A stretch of DNA of 64,000 nt from Vicugna vicugna (Eukaryota), in NCBI GenBank assembly GCA_013265495.1, contig MU058221.1, forward strand, positions 5,316,066 through 5,380,065, given 5' to 3'. Each line of letters begins with the position of its first letter. Position 1 is the stretch's first letter. The notes beneath the pieces are model-generated. The model saw only the letters and a list, made by a program, of their open reading frames with translations, was not told the origin of the DNA and did no database searches. Positions 10,033 to 22,374 of the stretch are shown here, piece after piece. The translations under genes and the position numbers were made by a program.

Positions 10033-13000
10033 ATTAAAAAATCCTGTGCTTTTCCCGTTTTCCAGCTTCGCCTCCAGTGCAGCAGCTGGTGTTCTTGTGC
10101 GCACACACACACTCACACACACTCCTTGTGGGCACATGCACCGTGTACATTCCCAGGGAAGGGAAATCCATCTCACGTGGATGCAGATTTCATCAGCAGC
10201 CTTCTCAACAGTTTACATAAGCAGCCACGCAAGAAGGCCCTCCCCAAATAAAAATTATGAAGAGCCACCCCGTGGGCGTTTGAGAGGCCTGTCCTGGTCC
10301 AGCCGAGGCCGTGGTCACAGGGTCCCGGCAGATCTGTTTGCACGCACACGCCGTCCGTGCTCCGTTGTTTGTTCTGGGTCCTGGCCCTGCACCAGGGACG
10401 GCTTGGCAGCCAGCAGCGGCAGAGGGAGTGTGTCCACGTGGGAAGCCACGTGTGTACACACGTATCTGCGTGCGTATCTGCTGCGTGCCACGTTCCCACA
10501 GCGCGTGCTTCCTGCTCTCCGACGGACAAGACCACAAAAAACGGCTCCGGGAATCGCAGATCTCCCCAGCTCAAAGCTGAGCCCTACAAGACCCTTTAAA
10601 AACCCCGTGCACATGGGCTGCACGCTGCTTCCTGGTTCTGGCCTCGGAACAACCCAGAAGAGAGGTGTAAATTCTGGGGAGGGGGTTCCACAAGTCTCTG
10701 GGCCCCTTTCTGGGCTCTCTGCATGGCCAGGGTCCTGGTGGATTCCGTCTCCCCACACTACTTCCTCCTGTCCCCATGGCCCACCACTCTGTCCTGGACC
10801 TCCTCCTTCCCCACCTCCTTCCTCACCGTGTCCTGTACTGTCCTGTTTCTTTTCTTGATTACCCTACTCACCATCTCCCCTTCCCCAAGCCAGTGAGGAG
10901 CCGGAGTGGGCAGGTCCAGGGGCTGGGAGCTGGATAGCAGAGCCGTGAGCAGGGCCTGCGTAGGGAGTGGAAGTACAGAGAGAGCCCCTTTGTATCCTGC
11001 GACACAGGGCAGAGACCTGGGCACAGCTAATCAGGTTGAGATGGGGCTGTGCTGTGGGGCAGCCAGGGCAGGCTCCCTACGGGGCTGGAGCAGGGCCTGC
11101 ATCCACCTCCCTCCTTCCACACCGCTTCCTGGGCTACAAAATAGCCTGGACTTCTCAAAGCAAGACTCGGACCTCTCCAAGCATCTATCAGATCTAGGAG
11201 GACAGGGAGGCAAGGAGGGTGGCCCTGTCTGGATGGTGGGGTTGTTGGGGTTGGGGCAGCTGGCTTCACCCTTTGCCCCAGGAGCCTCACCTTCCCATGG
11301 GTCTCTGCTGGTCCCCCGTACCCTAGACAAACTATATCTGCCTCCCTGAAGACAGGCGCCTCAGGGAATGTGGATTTACAAACAACGACTTTGTTTCACA
11401 GCTATCTGGGCATGTGTCAAATATCCAGATGGTGCTATGAATTCTTAGAGGGCAAAGATTAGGTCAAATTCATCTCCAAATCCTCCAAAAGGCCTTGCAA
11501 AATGTATATATTGGTTTCTTTGTCGAATGAATGAATAAAAGATGAACGATATGGTAAGTCACACATTTATTTTCTTCCTTCCACAAATAACTACCAAGCA
11601 GCTAATTTGTTCAAGACCCTAAGAGAGGAGGACCCAGGCCTTTTCCAAGACCTCACAGCTGTTCAGAGGGAGAAGGTCCACAGCAGAGCAGAGCCCAGAC
11701 TTGGGGCTTTTTGTTCTTTCTGTGGCTGAGCCTTTGAAAACTGCGCTTCTGCAAAGAGGAGAACTTACAGCACACAGTGTCTGGTGCCTAGTAGGCACTT
11801 CACTGAAGGTGTGTGGATGAATGAATGAATGCTGCCTCGTCCCTTACTGCCCCTCCTCAGACATCACTAATCAATGGTGGCTCTTTTTCTCCCAGGGCCC
11901 TGAAGCTGCCTGAGTTTAGGACTATTAATCAATTGACAAGACATGCTGTCTTGGCCATCCTGGTCTCCTGGCCACCCTAAGTGATAGGTGGGAACACCCT
12001 CAGGCCAGCCTCCTGGGGCACCAACAGGATGATATGATTGAGGATATGTTAGGAAGTCACCTTCCTTATGCTCATGGGGCTGTGTGGTCGCCTCCTGGCT
12101 GTCTTCCCTGTCTTGAATCTGTTCCCTGCCCACCCTCCTCCACTACTGCTGATAGAGGTGTGTTTCGGAACTCCCTTCCCTCGGCCCATGGCCTCCAGGA
12201 AAAGTCCAGTTTCCTTAGCTGCCCATTGGACTTGTCATGGGTGGTCCCATCCTCTCCTCCAGTGTTTCCAGTATCTCTTCAGACTCAGTGGCCCCCGGTT
12301 TGGTCACTGAGGGATGCTGGCCAAATCCCTTCCCCCGCTGTTAACAGCCCCTCTTTCTCAGTCATGGCCCGGTTCCTTTTTCTCTGGCTGCCCAGGAAAC
12401 AAGATTCTTTCTGGACACTCATGTCTGCTGCAAAGGAAGCAGGTCCTTTTAAATCTAACTTTCCTCTGTGTCACATCCACCCAGGCCCGCTGGGCCCCTG
12501 GGGCAATCTAGTTCTTTCAGTCTCAGAACCTGGGCAGGCAGAGATGGCCTAAGTTTATGTCCTCCCATCCTAAGGGCTCGGCTTTCCTGTTCATATAAAA
12601 CTAAGAACATCACCTCGCCCCAGCCTCAGTGGGAAGAATTCCCAGTGTTGCCCCAGATCTCTGAGATTCTCGCGGGACTTCCAGCCCCACGGCTGTCTCT
12701 GCTTTGCTCTAACTCTCTCTCTCTCAGTCACCTCCTGTCCCTTCTCTCTACCGTGCTTCAGCTCAAGGGAACACAGCCACACTCCCTTGATTTCCCCAAA
12801 ACATCACTCACCCAAGGCGTTGTGTATTGAGAAATTATTTTTCTCTTTCTGGATGATTTAAAAAAATGTTTACACTCACAGAAAACCAAACAGGACCTTC
12901 CCTCTTTCTTCCTAATTTATTTAGCTGATTTCATGTATTTTTTGACAGGTTCATCATGTTTCCGGCAGTTATAAATATTTTCCCCTCTGGCTTCACTCCC

Positions 13001-13904
13001 TGACACCACATTTCTGGGCTGTGACTCACCGGAGTTGTCCCACAGCTGGGGCTTGAATCCAGTCTTTTTTCTTCAACTTAACATCTCCCTGCCCGACCCC
13101 AGGTCACCACCAAATCCCAGCCTGAAAACAGGAGACTATAAAATACGATGCCCGGTGGAAATGTCACAGCAAAGTGACAGCTGGCTGGATCTCTCACCCA
13201 CCGTCAGCTGAGCAGGTACCCAGGGTCTTGCCTCTGGGAGGTGAGATGCAAGGCTTGGACCAGCCACGCTCCTCTCCCCAGGCTCTCCTATGACCAAGCC
13301 TTGTCCAAAGACAGCTGACTGGCAATGCCACGGGGAGGAGAGGACAGGACAGAGCCTGTCCCTTTCCCCAAGGGACAGGCAGAACCCTGAGCTTAGCCTG
13401 GTGTTAAGCCCATGCCCCAAACCACCTTCAAAGCCATCTGGCCCACAGACGACATGCATTCATCCTCCGGGATTTCATTTCCAGCTCTACCACCAGAAGT
13501 TTCTAGAGAATTTTCCTCTTGCAGGCACACATGTGCATGCAACTCACTGACTTTTTTTTTTTTTTAATAAAGAACTCAAAATCCTCCAAGGCCCAGGAAA
13601 TAAAATCTCCATTTTTGGAGAAGAAAATAGAACAAAAAAGCCAGCTTTTGGTACACTTCGGGATAGCTATGCTGACCTTTATTTTCTAAATAAAAATCAG
13701 GGCAAGAAGTCTGACAAAGATTTCAGTGTCTCTTCATGGTGTGAGAGGCAGCTTAGGAAGCTAAATGTTGTAATTCGGGGGACAGCTCTAAGATGAACAG
13801 GGCTAGGCTTTCTAAGAACAAAGGGTTCAATGATCTTCTCTACTGGGAATCGTAGCTAACACCTCCCCTTCGTAATGTCCTGCAGTAGGAAAGCCCATTT
13901 AAAT

Positions 13905-14122
13905 TTTTTTAAATTTATTTTTTATTGAATGAAAGATTCTTTAAATTCTAGAGTGCTTTACAGTTTTCAAAGGTTGCACACACATGATTTCACATAATCC
14001 CATAACAACCCTTCAAAAATTTATTTATTTTAGTTGCAACAGGTTTTAATTTTCAAAAAAATTTTAATTAAAATTTTGTTTAATTAAAAAAAATTTAATC
14101 CCCTACCCCTATATTTGCCCAT
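13905..14122 (-). mobile_element. Very short L1 3'-end insertion of the same subfamily as 19986-20506
   Basis: 13918-14013 is near-identical to 20002-20096, and both continue into ccctacccct.tatt. Confidence 0.75.
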
Positions 14123-14184
14123 CCGTTAAAATTTGAGAAACCAGTGTCTCCCAAACTTATCTGAGCACTTACCTCTAAGAAAAA

Positions 14185-14416
14185 TTTTTATTGTGGTAAA
14201 ACATATACAACACAATAGTTATCACTTAAACCACTTTAAGCACAGAATTCTCTGGCATTAAATATATTCGTAATGTTGTGTAACCATCACCACTATCTAT
14301 AGCCCAAAGTTTTCCACCATCCCCGACGAAAACTCTGCACGCATTGAACAGTAACGCCCCACTTCCCACCTGCCCCAGCCCCGGCCCCTGATAGCTTCTG
14401 TTCTACTTCCTGTCTC
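14185..14416 (-). mobile_element. Ancient L1 (L1MB-like) 3' end
   Basis: tttttattgtggtaaaacatatacaac...ggcattaaatatattcgtaatgttgtgtaaccatcaccactatct...ttctacttcctgtctct. Confidence 0.8.
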
Positions 14417-17329
14417 TACGGCTCTGATCGGCTCAGTCTCCAAACTGAAGGCAGAGGCCAAAGCCCCGAGAGGTGAAGCCGTCCGGGAAGCCCCCAGGAC
14501 GGGGGCTCAGTGGTCAGGGCTGGAAGGAAGCCAGGGACAGCCTTGTCCTCTAAGCTGCACAGCACAGTGGCTGTGCTGTGGGGACCTGCTGGGATGACTG
14601 ACAGCTCCATGCTGGTGACATCTGTCAGGGCGGCCTTCCTTGGCTTTGATGACAGGACTGGACCAGAGCCAAGCTTGAGGGGAGCAGTTGCCTGAGAGGC
14701 CCCAGCCCCCTTCTGGCAGCCTCACAGGTGTGCCCTGTCCTGCTCCTCCAGGGAGCTGGACGGACTGTTCCGAACCACCGCCCCTCCCTGCCCTTCCCGG
14801 TCAGCAGACCTGCTGGCGATGAGTGGGGCAAGGTGCATGCCCTCCAGGCTCACGCCCTCTCAGAGGGCCCTCTGCTGTCCTCTCTTTTCCCAGGTGCAGG
14901 GATCTGGGAAAGGCAAGTGTGGAAACACCCCAGAGCCAAGCCTCCCATGGCTGGGGGAGAACACGGACCCTCCTGGGGACCTGGGGGCCTGGGGCCCTGG
15001 GGCCCAGCTTGGCCTGACCTTCACCTACCCTTGTGACCCATCTTGAGTACAAGTAGGCAGTGGCTCCGTGACCTCCAAGGTCCCTCACAGCCAGTTTCCA
15101 GCCTGGGCCCCAAACTGCCTTGTCCTGCCTGCATGCCTGAGTTCAGAGCTCAGATTACAGCTCCCCACACGGGCTCTCCCACCACATGGAGCCTGAGGTC
15201 CTGCCTCCTTCTTGCTGGAACAGTGTATTTCTCCTCCCGAGGGATTCTCTTTTGAACCAGAGAATTATTTAAAGGAGTGAAGACATTCTAGAGTTGTTAA
15301 ACGAAACAAAAAACAACAGAACATCTTTAGAGAAATTACAAATAAATGAGTGGGTCATGCTTCTAATCTGGCTAAGGGTCACCTCCCGGGACCCCAGATT
15401 CCAGACCTGTCCCTTCAAGAAAAGGTCCTTTTAACCTTTGTTTAAACTCTGTGTGCCTTGGGCCTCCCAGGACACCTCCTTTCCCCCTCGGAGCACAGTT
15501 ACCTGCCTCTCCATCCATCTTCCTGGGCTCCTAGGGGGCAGTGAGTAGGCAGGGCTGGGACAGCCCTCAGGACCCAAGGCTTCGATGTACAGCTCTGCTA
15601 GCCTGGGCTGGAAGGGCTCCTGGGGATTCTGGCCCTGGTGAGGGGCAGCAGGATGAGACAGAGGGTTCTGCCCCTCTCACTCCGGCGATGGGGTTGTCCT
15701 GCAGAACCCCGCAGAGATTCAGGCTGGGGAGAAAGAATGAAGCAGGATGAGTGTTCTCTGCATGAGATGAATAAGGAGCGGGACCCAGATGGGTCAGAGT
15801 GGGGGAAGCCTGTGAGTCATTGAGCTTCTCCAGCCCAAAGATGTTCAGAAGATTCATGGGAAATTGCCTTCCCCACTGGCCAAGGTTGGGGGTGTTTGCC
15901 CCTCCCAGGGCCTGTCTGCCCCTCCCTCTGGGTCTGGAGGGTGCTGAGACCCTCCTTCTCACCCAGCCCCCCTCCCACCTGAGGCTGGCCCCGCCTGTTC
16001 TCCCCTGCCGGGGTCCCAGCCCCTCTCTGCTCTTCTCTGTTCTGCTCCCTCCCCTTTCGGAGCCCAGTTGGCTTCTGCCTTCTCCTGCTTTCCACTCCCA
16101 GCCTGGTTTCCTCAGTGTATGGATTCAGATGGTGGCAACCTTTCCCAGGCACCCCCTGGCATGCAGGTTGTCACAGGGGCCGGAGGCTCTGATGCTGGTT
16201 CTCAGCTCTGCAGCTCATTGGCTGTGTGACCCAGGGCAAATCACACCCCTCTCTAAGCCTCAGTTTCTCCATTTGCTAAACATATGGTTGGATGACGTGA
16301 GGACTAAAACCTCATCCAGGTATGTAATTCTCTCTCTCTAGAAATTATCACGTAACACCAGGCTGAGTGAAAAATTCACTTCATTTTCTATTCAAAATGT
16401 ATCATTTTAAGCCTGCCCTGCCCCACCAGGCATCACCCACAGCAGGAAGGAAGACGGATTTCACGCCATCTGCTTTTCTCACTCAGGCCTGGCCTCGCCC
16501 CAGCACCCCCTGGCCCCTCCCAGGGCTGTGGCCTTCCTCTGGCCAGGCCCTCGGTCAGGGACTCATTTCCTCTTCCAGGCCCGAGCACTTTCCGAAGGAG
16601 CCAGCGCCTGTGCCGGCTGCCTGGACGCTTCCTCAGAGGCAGGACCTGGATCAGGCCCCGCCCGGCAGCTTGGCGAGCACCGCACTGACTTGCAGCTGAT
16701 GAGACCTAATTAGCAGGGACTTCGCTTTCCTCGGCCCTGGGTGAAAGGCGCCCTCCTCGGAGCTCAAGGACACACAGCGCTGCTTTGTTCTCCAGAGACA
16801 GCTGGCCAGCTGCTCCTGCCACGGCGTCCGGCTCCTTAGCTGCCACCCCCTTGATCCTCCCTGTTTCCTCGGTCCTTTCCACTTCCCTTCCTGAGGGGCT
16901 TGTAGAGTGCCCCCCTCGATGATGGAAGCCCTCCACCAGGGCTGGCATCTCCCAGTCCCTCTCCTTCGGAACTGTTGGTCCTCCGTCCTCATTAGACTTA
17001 ACCTGTCCGCCAGCACATCTGACACAGCCGGTCGCCCTCCTTGAAACAGAGCCCAGTCTACCTGGGTTGCCCCCTACCTCCCTGGCTGCTCCTTCTCAGC
17101 CTCCTTTGGGATGCCTGGGACCCCGTCCTCAGCCACTTGTATCTCCCCTCTCCAGGCTGCATGCTGTTGTTGTAGGCTGTTGACTTCCAACTTCCTATCT
17201 GCATCCCAGAGATGGCTAGCTCCCGCTCAGAGAAAAGCCACGTCCTTGCAGTGACATCCAAGACCTGCATCCCTTGCCCCTGTTACCTCCCTGACCTCAT
17301 CGCCCATTACTCCTGTCCCCTCTGTGGCC

Positions 17330-17702
17330 CTTCCATCACAGCAGACCCAGTCTTCCTCTCGGCCTTTCCATCAGCTGTTCCCTCACCTGCAGTGGCCCGC
17401 TCCTGAACATCCCCATGACTTGTCCCCTCCCCTTCTTCAGTTCTTTAATCAAATGCCACCTTCTCCGTGAGACCTTCCCTGATTACTCCTCCCACCCCCT
17501 GCCCCTCCATTTCCTTTGGAATTCTCTCCATCTTTCTTCCCTGTTTTATTTTTCTCCCTACGATGTCTTCTAAACGTATCTGTTTTTCTAGTGATTATCT
17601 CCTTCCTCTGGAAGGTAAACTCCATGGGATGAAGGATGTTTGTTTTGCTCACTGTATTCCTCGTGTCTAGAACAGTGCCTGGCACATAAGAGTCAATCAA
17701 CA
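17330..17702. mobile_element. L2 3' fragment
   Basis: tcaaatgccaccttctccgtgagaccttccctga...gtaaactccatggga...tgttttgctcactgtattcc...tctagaacagtgcctggcacataag. Confidence 0.8.
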
Positions 17703-18589
17703 AACGGGTGTTTCAGCAGATGTCCTTGTACACCTATATCTTTGTGGTCTTTTTTTTTTTTTTAACCTCTGTCGAGGAGATCCTGGAAGTGAGGTTGTCC
17801 TGTCTAACATACAGAGTATTTTAAATTTCCACCCACAACTCTAGACAACTTGCTCAAGAGGTTGTGGCAGTTCATGCCCATTTCCCTGCCTGTGCAGGAC
17901 GCTCTCACACTTGAATTCTTGCGGACATGCTGGGGGAGGGGGAAGCCATCCCGTTGTTTTCATTTTCATTTTCCTGACTGATTAGAGAAAAACATGCTTA
18001 TTTACTGATCACTTGAATTTTTCTTATTTCTGTGAATTATCTTATTTATCACCTTTGCTTTTTTTTTTTTTTTTGGGTTGGGGGAGAAGTTTACCTTCAT
18101 TTCTTAAAAGAAAATCATTCCAGGTAACTCTGATACTTACAGAAGTTCTGAAGTTACTGCTTCAGAGTAAACATCCTCCTGGTTTGCCACGCCTGACACG
18201 CTCTGGGGTACCCTCTGCATTTTGGAATTAAAGAGGTTTTAAGGTTTTTTTTTCTTGTTGGTTTTCTATATATTCTACAATGTACTTGTGTTCGTTTAGA
18301 AAAAAGATATTAAGAAAGAATCATAGGAAAATCCTTGCGTTAGAATGCCAAGTGGAAAAAACATTTATGATTAGGATGCACTTTTTGATGACAGCTACAT
18401 AAAAAAAGATCTCTGTATATAGAAACTCTTGCAGTGAATCAGCCCAAGTGAAAAGGGGGAGGATAATGGATAATTTCTCCCTGCTATAGGAGACAGGCCA
18501 GTGCGGAAAGAGAAGGCGCTGGTCAATTCCCAGGAGAGGAGAAGCTGTTGGAATCAACACTTGGCCTACAACACCCTCCTCTGGGCCTT

Positions 18590-18731
18590 GGCAGACATCA
18601 CTAATCAATCGCTCCAGTGATTCCTCCTAAGCCAAGACTCAGCCTTAGAGCCCTTCTCAACCCAGGGGTCTGGGAGCTACTAGTCATAGATCAAAGCTGA
18701 CGGGCAAGAGTAAACCCACTTTCCCATCCTG
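18590..18731 (-). mobile_element. MamTip2-like hAT-Tip100 fragment; a related fragment is at about 11858-11962
   Basis: Both loci share cagacatcactaatcaat and end in ccatcctg, which resembles the MamTip2 terminus as I recall it. Confidence 0.55.
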
Positions 18732-19719
18732 GCTCAGTACGTGCGGCCAACACCAGCCCCACGGAGGCCTCTCTTGCTGGGTCAGCAACGTGCTCCCTGG
18801 CGGCCTCCTGGCTGCACTGGGGCTGCTGTCCAGTTGGCTGCTCCCCCCAGAAGTGCTCTGGCTGAGGTTCCTGGGGTCTTTTCAACTTGCACTGGCTCCC
18901 ATCACTGACACTGAGCATCACTTTCTGGAATCTCTTTTCCTCCTGTTCCCTACGGCTCATTGGAGCTGGGAACCCTGTCCTCAACCTGGATACTTAGACT
19001 GAGATTTTGCCCAGACCCCAGGGCATCTCCTTGGGCACCACCTGTCAGCGTCTCCCACCTTTGGCCTGACTCTCTGTTCTGATTTCTGCTCTCCTGTCTT
19101 GCCCCCAGCCCACTACCCCGTGGTCTTGGCTGTGATTCCGTGCCCTGGCACAATGCACACTGGCACAACCTGCCTGTCTAACCAGACCCCGGCCCCACCC
19201 TTCCTGCCTGCCTTGCACTTGGCTTGCCTCAAAGCTGATGGACGCACCACCAAGACTCATTTCAGGACACTCAGGAATTCCTCACTGTCATCCTTTTCCC
19301 AGACCAGCTTGGGGAGGTGGGTTGATCGGAAAGGACAGGGAGAAATACTGTTATGTCTTTTTTTATGATACAGAAAAATGACAGCAATGTATGCAAAAAA
19401 TTGCCTGTAATTCAGCCACCTGGAGGTAACCACACTTATTGTTTTGGCGAACATCCCTCCAGCCACCTCTCAGCCTCCACACCCATTCAGATCTGCGTAT
19501 ATAAATTGTCTTCAATGGGATCATGCTGTTATTCAGCTGGCATTTTTCACTCATCCATATGTCATGGAGCATTTTAAAGGATGTCCCTGATGAGAAACAT
19601 GTTTCCCTTTCCTAGAATGTAAATTATATTCTTCAGGGTTCCTTTTTTTTTTCCACCCAGCAAATCTGCATGTTTCCTTCCTTGGAGGCAGGAAATTTAC
19701 TCATGTCCCATTTCTCTCC

Positions 19720-20665
19720 CATAGTAATAGACCACTGATTTTCAGTTGGGTGCCCAGCCACAACAACAAAGGTGCCATATCCCAGTTCTTTTTGGGCTGT
19801 GTGCGCTCATGTGACTGAGTTCTAGCCCAGGGCGGGTGGCGAGCAAAAGAGGTCTATGTACAACTGTTTTAATGTGTCCTGTGTTGGTTTGATGTGTGTT
19901 CACAAATTCTCTGATACTCCTTTTATTAAAGTGAAGCCTAATTTCTCTCCCCTTGAGTGTACACTGTACTTAGTGACTTGCTTCTCTTTTTTTTCTGATT
20001 CTTTTTATTGAATGAAAGATTCTTTAAATTCTATAGTACTTTACAATTTTCCAAAGTTTCACACACATGATTTCACATGATCTCATAATAACCCTTTTTC
20101 CCTACCCCTCTATTGTCCTTCCCCCTCCCCCCTGCTAACCACTAGTTTGTTCTCTCTGTCTGTGAGTCTGCTTCTGTTTTGTTATATCCACAGATTGTTG
20201 TATTTTTTTACATACAGCATACAAGTGATCCACATACAGGTGATATCATACAGTATTTGTCTCTCTGTGTCTGACTAATTTCACTTAGCATAATGCCCTC
20301 CAAGTCCATCCGTGTTGCTGCAAATGGCAAAATATTGTTCTTTTTATGGCTGAGTAGTATTCCACTGTATGTATGTGAGTGTGTGTGTATATATATATCT
20401 TCTTTATGTATTCATCTGTTGATGGACACTTGGGTTGCTTCCATACCTTAGCAATTGTAAATAATGCTGCTGTGAACATTAGGGTGCATGTGTCTTTGTA
20501 AATTGATGACTTGCTTCTAATGAATAGAACATAGCAGAAGGCATCCTGTGTTATGTGCAAGATGAGCACAGAAGAGGCAGTTGGCTTCCTCTTGGCCCTC
20601 TCTTGTAATGAGCACAATGGGGAAGCCAATTGCCATGTCACGAGGACAATCAAGAAGCCCGATGG
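19720..20665. mobile_element. MLT1-family LTR fragments interrupted by the L1 at 19986-20506
   Basis: catgtgactgagttctagccc; tctccccttgagtgt...acttagtgacttgcttct|aatgaatagaacatagcagaag continues across the TSD. Confidence 0.7.
19986..20506 (-). mobile_element. 5'-truncated LINE-1 (ORF2 C-terminus plus 3'UTR) with a 12-bp TSD, inserted into an MLT1-like LTR
   Basis: TSD tgacttgcttct at 19974-19985 and 20507-20518. Translation KDTCTLMFTAALFTIAKVWKQPKCPSTDE...EYYSAIKR is the L1 ORF2 C-terminus. Confidence 0.93.
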
Positions 20666-20667
20666 AG

Positions 20668-21040
20668 GAGACTGTCATGCTAAGTGAAATAAGCCAGAGA
20701 AAAAATATCATACGATATCACTCATATGTGGAATCTAAAAAAACCAAAAAAACCCAAAAAGGACACAAGTGAACTTATTTACAAAACAGAAACAGACTCA
20801 CAGACATAGAGAACAAACTTACGGTTACTGAGGAGGGTAGGGGAAGGGATGGGAGGGGATAAACTGGGAGTTCGAGATTTGCGAATACTAACTACTAACA
20901 AATCTATGTATGTTCCTATGTGACTGAAGTATGATGCTGTACACCAGAAATTGACACAACATTGTAAACTGACTATACTTCAATAAAAATATATTTTATA
21001 AATAAATAAATAGTCACTGAATAAAAAAAAAAACAAATAA
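20668..21040 (+). mobile_element. LINE-1 3' end fragment
   Basis: ctaagtgaaataagccag...atatcactcatatgtggaatctaaaa...aaacagaaacagactcacagacatagagaacaaact...aactgactatacttcaataaaa plus A-rich tail. Confidence 0.9.
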
Positions 21041-21042
21041 AT

Positions 21043-21245
21043 ACAGTAACTCCCCACTTCTCCTCCCCCAGCCCCTGGTGACCCTAAATTCTGTCTCCTT
21101 GGCTTTGCTGATTTAGGTACCTCAGATATGTGGGCTCGTACATTATTCATCCTTTGGGTCTGGCTTCTGTCCCTTAGCTGAATGTCTTCAAGGTTCATCC
21201 ATACTGTTGCCCGTGTCAGAGCCTCATTCCTCCTTAAGGCTGAGG
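21043..21245 (-). mobile_element. Ancient L1 (L1MB-like) fragment
   Basis: cagtaactccccacttctcctcccccagcccctgg...atgtcttcaaggttcatccatactgttg...ttcctccttaaggctgag. Confidence 0.75.
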
Positions 21246-22336
21246 GTCAAGTTTTTAATCAATAGATTTTCATCAAGGATCAACATTGCCAATACATTCT
21301 GCCAAATTCCTGCTGACATTTATTAAATCTGGGATCAGCTTTTCTCTTTCTTCCACCTTTGCTTTCCTCATCCTCTACGTGGCGTCTGACACCTGGTAGT
21401 TCAAGGTGTTTCATTCTGCTCTCCCGGATGAGAAGAGGGCTCTCAGGCTGGAGGTCTGTGCTGGGAACAGATGCCCAGTGAAGTGGCACCAATAGAACCC
21501 ACGAGAAGCCTCTCTCTTTGGTGACGGCTCAGGGACCCTGTTACATGCTGCTCCCTCCCGTGTTCTGTAAGCCTGGCTAACAACACATTCTGGTTTTTTC
21601 AACGTTGTGTCATGTGTCTTCTTCGACTTGACTCAAACCCCGTGGTGTAGGCTAGGTGTCATAACCCCTTTCCGCTCCGAGGAAACTCAGGTCCAGCAAG
21701 GGGATGGGTCTTGCCTCTTGCCTCCCCAGGAGGTCAATGGCATAGCGGAGACTGGATGAGGGCACTCAAGTTCAGAAATTCTTCTGTTGGCTCATGTGGC
21801 GTCCTGAAGGCAGCAAAGTCTTCAGGCTCGTCCTTCTTCCTCCTGCCTTGATGGGGCTGCATGGAGTGCTAGGGTTCCGAGCGCATGGAGAAATGGAGAA
21901 GAATGAACACCAGCCCTTTCCATGCTTCAGCTTGCGGCAAACACAACTTTTATGCTGTCATTAGGGCTGAGTCTGGCGCCCCCAAGAGGCAAGGGTAGGA
22001 AAGTGGCAAAAGGGGCTGTGTCACCTCCTGGGGACTCAGGGCTAACGCCATGGGCTGGGGAGCCTTCTCCTTACCTGGGCAGCCTTCCTACCAGAAGTGC
22101 CAGTGAATGCAGTCTTTTTTGAGAATAAATGTTTCATGCACACAGTTCAAATATGATGCGATACAAAGAGAATGCAGTGAAAAATTTCTCCTTACTTCTA
22201 TCACCAGCACCCAGTTCCTTCCTTAGAGGCATCAATACTTTCCACTTTCATATATCTTTTCTGAGAAAAGTTATGTATACATGCAAGTATACATATGTAC
22301 ACATGTATCATTCATATATACGTATGTAAGGGGTGT

Positions 22337-22374
<38 letters not shown>
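22337..22374 (+). repeat. Compound microsatellite (AC)13(AT)6
   Basis: Read directly from the sequence. Confidence 0.95.

Noticed and set aside
10046..10858. 270-aa ORF, the longest in the track
   Set aside because: Non-ATG start, low-complexity Pro/Ser/Arg content and no recognisable domain; expected by chance in GC-rich DNA.
11858..18609. Exact repeat cagacatcactaatcaat near 11858 and 18592 as a local duplication or regulatory repeat
   Set aside because: Best explained as two decayed copies of the same ancient hAT-Tip100 (MamTip2-like) element.
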